64,000 nucleotides of DNA from Bdellovibrionales bacterium (GTDB lineage Bacteria; Bdellovibrionota; Bdellovibrionia; Bdellovibrionales; JAGQZY01): positions 1,376,001 through 1,440,000 of the forward strand of contig CAXRHT010000002.1 of the NCBI GenBank assembly GCA_964230645.1, given 5' to 3'. The translations under genes and the position numbers were made by a program. The notes beneath the pieces are model-generated. The model was given only the letters and a program-made list of their open reading frames with translations. It had not been told where the DNA came from and searched no databases. Shown piece by piece: positions 57,878 to 64,000 of this stretch; position 1 is the first letter of the stretch; each line of letters opens with the position of its first letter.

Positions 57878-59341
57878 ATGGTTATTATCCCTTTGGGGCT
57901 TACTTCGAAAACAAAAAACATTCCTTTCGCCACAGCATTGATCTGTGCCGTGACCGTATTCTTTTCCATCATCAAATTTCCAGAAAACGAGATCATCTAC
58001 GAAAACTATCTACGGAGTGCCGAACGTGTGAATTTTGGTCTAAAAGCGCGAAGCTTCCTTTTAGAGAAGTGTGAAAAAGAAAAGCCTCAAAAGTTATGTG
58101 CCGATCTAAAAAAAATACCCCTAAGAACCTTCTCCTTAGGCCACCGCTCAAAACAGTTCGCTGACAAGTCTCTCGCAAATGCCTTTATTGCTGATGAATT
58201 AGCCCGTGTGGCGCTTAAGAAAAGCAACCCTCAACTCTATCAGATACAAGAAAAGGCCGATCAAAAGATAACGAGCGTTTTAAAAAAGCTTCATTTTCTC
58301 TCCAAAGAGACAGTCTCCCCCATCTCTGCATTAAAAACTCTCTTCACTCACTCTGGGTGGATTCATCTTATTGGAAATATGCTTATCTTAATTTTCTTAG
58401 CAATACCCGTGGAGGAGAGGATGGGATCCTTTCTTTTTGCCATGACCTATCTCTTTTCGGGAATGGCAGGATCCCTGTTGCAGGTGTTTTTAAGCACTGA
58501 CGCTCTCTACATTGTCGGCGCTTCCTCAAGTATCAGTGGAGTGGCGGGTGCTCTGACTTACTTTTTTTGGAGACACAAAGCAAAAATCTGGGTGTCGTAT
58601 TTTTTCATGTTTTCTCAAGTTGTTGTGATTCCAGTGATCATTTACACACCTGTGTTTATGGTGGCAGGAGATATCATCGGGTTATTTGATGAAAGTACAA
58701 ACGTTGGACATTTTGCCCACTTGGGTGGGTTTCTTATGGGTGGATTTTTAGCCTTTCTCCATAATAAAATGCTCCCACTCCCACAGAACTTCACTTATCC
58801 CTTCGAATTGAATTTTCTCGAGCAGTCGCGAAAAAGCCTTTCCCAAATGGACCGCCTAAGGGTTTTCTCCCAGTGGCTTTATTACTCGCCAGTCAATATT
58901 TTTGCGTTTAAGCATTTCGTTTCAGAAATCAATCGAAGCAACAACAATCCTAAAACTGAATTAATTGTTAATCATTTTAAAAGGAATATTTTTCCTGAAG
59001 TTTATGAGTGCAACAAAAAGAAAGTCAGATTTATTAATCTTCTTCCAGTGAATTGGCTACATTTGCTTGCAATAGGAGATGATCCCGTGTTTCTAAAAAA
59101 GACGGCCGCCCAGTATGAAATCCAAAGAGATTTCGTCAATGCCTTCAAACTTTATTTTTTATTACTCAATGAAATTGGCTGGAGAAACGAAGAATACGGT
59201 CGCCTCCTATTTAAGAACTATAAAAAAAGCACGATCAATAAAAAGTTTATCAAACTTTCCGAAGAGCTGGCTTTTAATCATCCCCCATTTCGAAGTTTTT
59301 TAGAACGTAAAGGAATCGACCATGTTTCAGATGCATCATGA
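57878..59341 (+). CDS. Rhomboid intramembrane serine protease with a periplasmic insert and a soluble C-terminal extension
   Basis: HSGWIHLIGNM, VGASS (catalytic Ser), AHLGG (catalytic His). Confidence 0.88.
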   Translation: MVIIPLGLTSKTKNIPFATALICAVTVFFSIIKFPENEIIYENYLRSAERVNFGLKARSFLLEKCEKEKPQKLCADLKKIPLRTFSLGHRSKQFADKSLANAFIADELARVALKKSNPQLYQIQEKADQKITSVLKKLHFLSKETVSPISALKTLFTHSGWIHLIGNMLILIFLAIPVEERMGSFLFAMTYLFSGMAGSLLQVFLSTDALYIVGASSSISGVAGALTYFFWRHKAKIWVSYFFMFSQVVVIPVIIYTPVFMVAGDIIGLFDESTNVGHFAHLGGFLMGGFLAFLHNKMLPLPQNFTYPFELNFLEQSRKSLSQMDRLRVFSQWLYYSPVNIFAFKHFVSEINRSNNNPKTELIVNHFKRNIFPEVYECNKKKVRFINLLPVNWLHLLAIGDDPVFLKKTAAQYEIQRDFVNAFKLYFLLLNEIGWRNEEYGRLLFKNYKKSTINKKFIKLSEELAFNHPPFRSFLERKGIDHVSDAS

Positions 59342-61004
59342 CTACGAAGCCAAAGACAATGCCACCTTTGAGCAAAGGGCTGTGGCACTTGTGCTTGATC
59401 TGACTATTATTGGGCTTTTAAAAGGACTTCTGCCCATTCCGGCACTTCTAGGGAGTTTATTGTCTCTGATCTATTTTGTTTTTTTGCAGTGTCAATTTGG
59501 CTTTACCCCAGGCAAGTATTTCGCCGGATTAAGAGTGATCTCAACCACTGGCCAAACGAGTCTTCCTCGAATGTTACTCAGGGAATCCATCGGTAAATTT
59601 GTATCCAGTCTTGTTTTTCTATTAGGCTATTTAGTGGTCATGTTTTCTAAAAATCGTCTTGCTTGGCACGACAAGATGTCTCGCACCCGTGTTATTTCCC
59701 TTAAACCACAAGACGTCAGTGGTTTCGCGCAATTCGCGCGTGGAGCCACTAGCCTCATTGCACTCTTGATCGTTGGAGTTGTCGGCTTCACCTCATATAT
59801 TCTGTACAGTTCAGCTGGAGCACAAGCTGTCGCCAATCTCTTTGAAAAAAATAGCTTTGTTGTGCGAGGAGTCTCAGGGAGTTTGGCTAATGGAGTTAAA
59901 ATTGAATCGCTGCAAAAACAAACAAAACTTTATAAGATTGATCTAAAAAATCTCTTCCTACAGGTCAATCACAACAAAAGTGTCTTTAACAAAATAATAG
60001 AAATTAAATCAAATCCTGTGATCAATAAAATTCACATTACTGGAGGAACTGTAGAGATATTCAAAGATATCAATCCAGAAAAGGAGGGACTAGCCCTTAT
60101 TCCCAAAGATTTACTTCCCCGTAGAAAAAATGCGCCCGAAAAATTGCAGCTAGAAGATCTCGATCAAAAAAAGGCTCAGAGGAGACAGACTGGTACGATT
60201 GAGTCTGTTGAGATCGCAAATATTAATCTAAAATTGGGAGAATATGACCTCAACCTTGATCGCTTTTCAGTCGGCAACCTTGTTTTAGACAAACACTCTC
60301 TAACAGCCGGTCATCTCTATTTAAAAGGCAGCCTTGGAACTTTTATGATCAAAAATTTTACTCAACTCGATAAAAGTCAACGTTCCAGCTACTCCTATGA
60401 TTTCACTATAATTCCTAATTCCTTTTTTCCAAAAAAATTAAAAAAACCTTTCCGTTTTCTTGGTAACTTCAGCAAGATGAAAGACAGTTTAACCTTTGAT
60501 TTAAAGAGTTCTGACGAAAAGCTCGTCTTAAGCAAAAACGAAAGCCATTTCCGATTAAAACTGAATCGCTTCCCATTTGACCAATACTTCAAAGGAAATT
60601 TACCAATCAAGTCAATGAGTCTGGACACTTCCGGTAAATACATTTCTGGAAAATTGAAAATCCGCAATCAAACTTACCATTTTGATAAACAACCCCTTTT
60701 TGGTGTCAGAGGATCACCTATTATTGGACGCTCTATAAGAAACAAACGAGTGGGAGTCTCCTGGTTAAATCTCCTGATCGCCAAACCTTGGCTGCTTGTT
60801 GAAAGGCGGATTATCCCACAAAAGGCTATGCGCTCTCTTGCTTCCACCCAAGAACGGTCTATTTTTCAACCAATTTCAAAAAATGATCTTTCGAATATGT
60901 ACGTGAATAAACCCTACATAGCTCTTAAACCAAAAGCGAAGCATTTCATAGACAACGACATCGAGTTTTTTTCTAACAGTTTTATTCCTAATAAGGAACC
61001 TTAA
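59322..61004 (+). CDS. RDD family membrane protein fused to a long beta-rich exported region
   Basis: RAVALVLD, GFTPGK...GLRV, LLRE, AWHDKMSRTRV (RDD); extra TM; beta-rich tail. Confidence 0.8.
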   Translation: MFQMHHDYEAKDNATFEQRAVALVLDLTIIGLLKGLLPIPALLGSLLSLIYFVFLQCQFGFTPGKYFAGLRVISTTGQTSLPRMLLRESIGKFVSSLVFLLGYLVVMFSKNRLAWHDKMSRTRVISLKPQDVSGFAQFARGATSLIALLIVGVVGFTSYILYSSAGAQAVANLFEKNSFVVRGVSGSLANGVKIESLQKQTKLYKIDLKNLFLQVNHNKSVFNKIIEIKSNPVINKIHITGGTVEIFKDINPEKEGLALIPKDLLPRRKNAPEKLQLEDLDQKKAQRRQTGTIESVEIANINLKLGEYDLNLDRFSVGNLVLDKHSLTAGHLYLKGSLGTFMIKNFTQLDKSQRSSYSYDFTIIPNSFFPKKLKKPFRFLGNFSKMKDSLTFDLKSSDEKLVLSKNESHFRLKLNRFPFDQYFKGNLPIKSMSLDTSGKYISGKLKIRNQTYHFDKQPLFGVRGSPIIGRSIRNKRVGVSWLNLLIAKPWLLVERRIIPQKAMRSLASTQERSIFQPISKNDLSNMYVNKPYIALKPKAKHFIDNDIEFFSNSFIPNKEP

Positions 61005-62173
61005 GAACGACGGTACTCTTGGGCCACAAAGGGTTTTTTCACCTCTTTTGGAGAAATATAATCCGCACGAACTCCATCCCAACCTTCAAAGCTCCATTTA
61101 CGTTCTACTTGGTCTACGAGAAAATTGGGGGTCAACGCCGCTTTCCCCCCACCTTCGGGAATATCAACTATGTACTGAGGCATGGCTAGCCCCGAACTAT
61201 GTCCCCAAAGTTTTTTCTGAATTTGTAATGAGTCTTCAATGGGCGTTCTTAAGTGATCAGTGCCTAGCGAGGGATCTGCCTGAAACATATAGTGAGGCTT
61301 TACCCTCAAATAAAGGAGTCGTCGTGAAAGTGAATAGATAAGATCAGCGTCATTGTTTATACCATTCAAAAGAACAAGCTGATTGAAAACTGGAATACCG
61401 CTATCAACAAGAAGGCTTAACGCAAGGGCTGAGTCCTCAGTGATCTCATCGGGATGATTAAAATGAGTCATAAAATAAAGGGGCTGAAAGCTTTTAAAGA
61501 TTTCTATTAATTCTTTATCGATTCGAAAAGGATTAACCACTGGAATTCTCGAGCCCATTCGAATGAGTTCTACCGTAGGAACATCATAGAAAGCAGAAAG
61601 CATTTTTTTAATACGGGAGTTTCCTAGAGTCAGAGGATCGCCTCCTGAGAAGATCACCTCTTTAACCTCTGGGTGAGCACGAACATAATTCACAGCTTCT
61701 TCAAGCTGCTCCTCGCTCGCCATAACTTGATCGCTGGCAGTAAAATGTTTTCTTGTACAGTATCGGCAGTACATTCCGCACATGTCTGTTGCTAGAAACA
61801 AAACTCTATCGGTGTAGCGGTGAATGAGTCGCTGACAAGGTCTATTATTTGTTTGGTTTTCACCGAGAGGATCAGGCATCTGCTGTGCCCCAGCGGCCAA
61901 TTCTTGAGCCTGGGGCAGTAGCATTTGCCGGATGCTACCAAGCTCGTTCTCCTGGCTAGCTAGTTTCGCATAATAGGGCGTGCTCTGAATGCGGAAGAGA
62001 TCATGAGATCCCTCAAAACCTTTTTTTTCAGAATCCGAGAGATTAAAATAGCTAGAGAAGTCATTGATACTTTTCAAAGAGTTTCTCATTTGCCACTTCC
62101 ATGACTTCCAATCTGATAGTTCAATACCATCTGGGGGCGTAACCACTTTCCAATGAAATTTTGACTTTCCCAT
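61001..62173 (-). CDS. KamA family radical SAM enzyme (lysine 2,3-aminomutase/EpmB-like)
   Basis: WKWQ, PDPLGE, HRYTDR, CGMYCRYCTR, SGGDPL, HFNHP, PEGGGK. Confidence 0.92.
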   Translation of the reverse strand: MGKSKFHWKVVTPPDGIELSDWKSWKWQMRNSLKSINDFSSYFNLSDSEKKGFEGSHDLFRIQSTPYYAKLASQENELGSIRQMLLPQAQELAAGAQQMPDPLGENQTNNRPCQRLIHRYTDRVLFLATDMCGMYCRYCTRKHFTASDQVMASEEQLEEAVNYVRAHPEVKEVIFSGGDPLTLGNSRIKKMLSAFYDVPTVELIRMGSRIPVVNPFRIDKELIEIFKSFQPLYFMTHFNHPDEITEDSALALSLLVDSGIPVFNQLVLLNGINNDADLIYSLSRRLLYLRVKPHYMFQADPSLGTDHLRTPIEDSLQIQKKLWGHSSGLAMPQYIVDIPEGGGKAALTPNFLVDQVERKWSFEGWDGVRADYISPKEVKKPFVAQEYRRS

Positions 62174-62238
62174 AGCCTCGGCAGTTTCTGGCTAATCTCT
62201 GCACCTGTCAAGGCTTGCCAGACGAAACTAATGTTCCA

Positions 62239-63063
62239 TCAAAGCCCGAGTACGGGATAGGGTTGCATAGCCTCGGGATCCAAGTCGATGGGAGGATAAT
62301 CTCCGGGAAAGTTTGCGTACTCCTCCACAACTAAGCCTTTGTATCCCCCTTGATTGTATTGCTCCCCAAACCAGCTCAATAGGTCAATGAAGTACTCATT
62401 GTAGAAATCACTTTCCAAGGAATCATGATCGTAGAATGAGGAAGAGCCCCCAAATTTTCCCGCTGGTGTAATATAAACTTTGAGCTTTTGATCAACAGAG
62501 AAACGATTGTAAACAATTTCGTACCAATCGTTCAAAGTCACTAAACCAGTAACCGAATCAATGGCCAACCACTCTTCTTCTGCTTTTTCATTGATACTTT
62601 GTACGATCGTAGCAACATGCCACTCCCAGCGAACAGAGCCTCCCGTTTCCATGGGTCCAATGGCAAAAATCTTCTTGATACTGTCGCGATCAAAACGTCT
62701 ATAGGCCAATTCAAGATTAACAAACATTGCGCGTCCAAAACAGAAACCTATGTTTCCCTTGGGATCGTACTTATTTGACTGAGAAGAGGAGGCCACAGGA
62801 TTTGCAACAAGCTTTGTTAGAACCTCTTGGCTGGTTTCTGGAGATATAAACTGGGCTCTAAACTTAGAATTATCTCGAGGAGTGTCTACATCGTAAGCTA
62901 TAAACTCCTCCAGGTGCACTCGGTTACTTTGATCAATCTGGGCGGTTGTTTTCCCTTTAATATCTAGACGACGCAAGTCGAAAAGGTTTTTCTCTTCGAC
63001 AATGGGCTGAGCCACGGCGATTTGCCAACCGACTAATATTATTAATTGAATGATTCTTTTCAC
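62239..63063 (-). CDS. Secreted protein-glutaminase-like (papain-fold Cys-His-Asp) protein
   Basis: Signal peptide; GFCFGRA, WEWHVA, LAID; SD GGGGAG. Confidence 0.65.
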   Translation of the reverse strand: MKRIIQLIILVGWQIAVAQPIVEEKNLFDLRRLDIKGKTTAQIDQSNRVHLEEFIAYDVDTPRDNSKFRAQFISPETSQEVLTKLVANPVASSSQSNKYDPKGNIGFCFGRAMFVNLELAYRRFDRDSIKKIFAIGPMETGGSVRWEWHVATIVQSINEKAEEEWLAIDSVTGLVTLNDWYEIVYNRFSVDQKLKVYITPAGKFGGSSSFYDHDSLESDFYNEYFIDLLSWFGEQYNQGGYKGLVVEEYANFPGDYPPIDLDPEAMQPYPVLGL

Positions 63064-63111
63064 ATCTCCCCTTTACTTTTTTAATATTTATTTTTATTCA
63101 AAAATTCCGAA

Positions 63112-63669
63112 TCAAAATTCTGAGTCTATTTCTTTTCTTATTTTTTTATGCCTTTCTTTGAGTCTGAGATATTCTCCATTTCCCCTTACTTCGTGGTGAA
63201 AATACTGGAAAATTAAACTGGCTTCTAACTTCTCATTTACCCCTTTACGAACATCGCTAGACTTTTTCTTCATCATTCGATTAGCAAAATATTTGCATCG
63301 CATTCGCCCCATCGATAAAAACTTGCGAGCTATATCGGCTCCTACAAAATCCCGCTGTTCTATATATTCTAAAAATATAAGATAAATCGACGAGGCAGAG
63401 ACAAAGGCTGAAACAGAGTCAGTGATGCTGTAAAAAGGATGGATTTCTGACTTATAAGGCTCAACCGACATCACTCCTTGGTGCCCCCTGCCCACATGAT
63501 AAAGGTAAGGGCGCTGACGATAGTCCACTTGTTTGTTGTGAACGATTCGATACCAGTATTCTTTATCACCGTTAATGGAAGCGCCACCACGGGATTGCCA
63601 CTCTTTGAGTAGGCGCTGCCTTACCCGATCGTCAGCAATCTCATGAATGTCTTTCAGCGACCACGGCAT
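63112..63669 (-). CDS. DUF4385 family protein
   Basis: GRGHQGVMSVEPYKSEI, DFVGADIARKFLSMG; start uncertain (63669 or 63717). Confidence 0.8.
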   Translation of the reverse strand: MPWSLKDIHEIADDRVRQRLLKEWQSRGGASINGDKEYWYRIVHNKQVDYRQRPYLYHVGRGHQGVMSVEPYKSEIHPFYSITDSVSAFVSASSIYLIFLEYIEQRDFVGADIARKFLSMGRMRCKYFANRMMKKKSSDVRKGVNEKLEASLIFQYFHHEVRGNGEYLRLKERHKKIRKEIDSEF

Positions 63670-63927
63670 AAAGGTAAATATAAAGGAAAAGCTTGTCACA
63701 GAATCCCCCCAGCTCATTTAGAACTTGTTTAATTATTTAAACGGAAGAGACCGCTACGGGATTGAAAAAATTACGCTCTTTATTACAAAGTCAGGTCCAC
63801 ATCTTAGCCAAAGAGCCCTTTTGTGTTCACATTTAAACAAAATTTTGACCTGCAAGGTTCGAACATTTTCCCGTTTTAAGGTAGGGTGGAGGCTTAAAAA
63901 TTCACAAATTAAATTGAGGAGGATGAA

Positions 63928-64000
63928 GTGGATATTAAGTTTGTCCAAAATGGACTGAAGCAGCTCGCAGACAAATTAGAGGGCTGGGGTGTCGGCCTTA
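63928..64000 (+). CDS. 5' end of a second MscS-like gene (truncated by the window edge)
   Basis: SD GAGGAGG then GTG: MDIKFVQNGLKQLADKLEGWGVGL aligns by eye with the N-terminus of 15636-16556 (MNEFIKTGIKKLIAKLEHWGQSF). Confidence 0.6.
   Translation, partial: MDIKFVQNGLKQLADKLEGWGVGL

Noticed and set aside
63725..63958. 77-aa (+) and 64-aa (-) ORFs at the right end
   Set aside because: No motifs; the SD at 63916-63922 fits GTG 63928 in another frame (mscS-like).

Overview
Chromosomal window from a flagellated Gram-negative bacterium, most likely a Bdellovibrionota predator. That placement is inferred from gene order, the many exported hydrolases and a recurrent R-x-x-A/S-S motif in exported proteins. 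Core blocks: ftsQ-ftsA-ftsZ-lpxH-like; aspS divergent from a PHA-granule protein-rpoH-ppa run; a sigma54-headed fliL-fliM-fliN-fliO-fliP-fliQ-fliR-flhB-flhA-flhF-flhG-fliA operon; and a SPOR protein followed by uvrD/pcrA. Between them sit exported hydrolases (S8 and S9 peptidases, SGNH, lysophospholipase-like, PGRP-type amidase, DUF4105, protein-glutaminase-like), a TamA/TamB-like pair, an orphan secretin-TadA pair and patches of general-stress genes (mscS x2, pfpI, SSADH, yihY, FNT, Topo IB, DUF2945, DUF2254, DUF4385). The most striking element is at the left edge: a ZorB/MotB-like protein with a roughly 360-residue periplasmic coiled coil, followed (order B then A) by a ZorA/MotA-like channel gene that the ORF track missed because it runs off the window. 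Other leads are a rhomboid plus RDD-AsmA/TamB-like operon, an amidase with a candidate immunity gene, many apparently leaderless promoters and a nested REP-like palindrome. I saw no rRNA, tRNA, CRISPR array or transposase. All family calls come from motif recognition by eye; no database searches were run.
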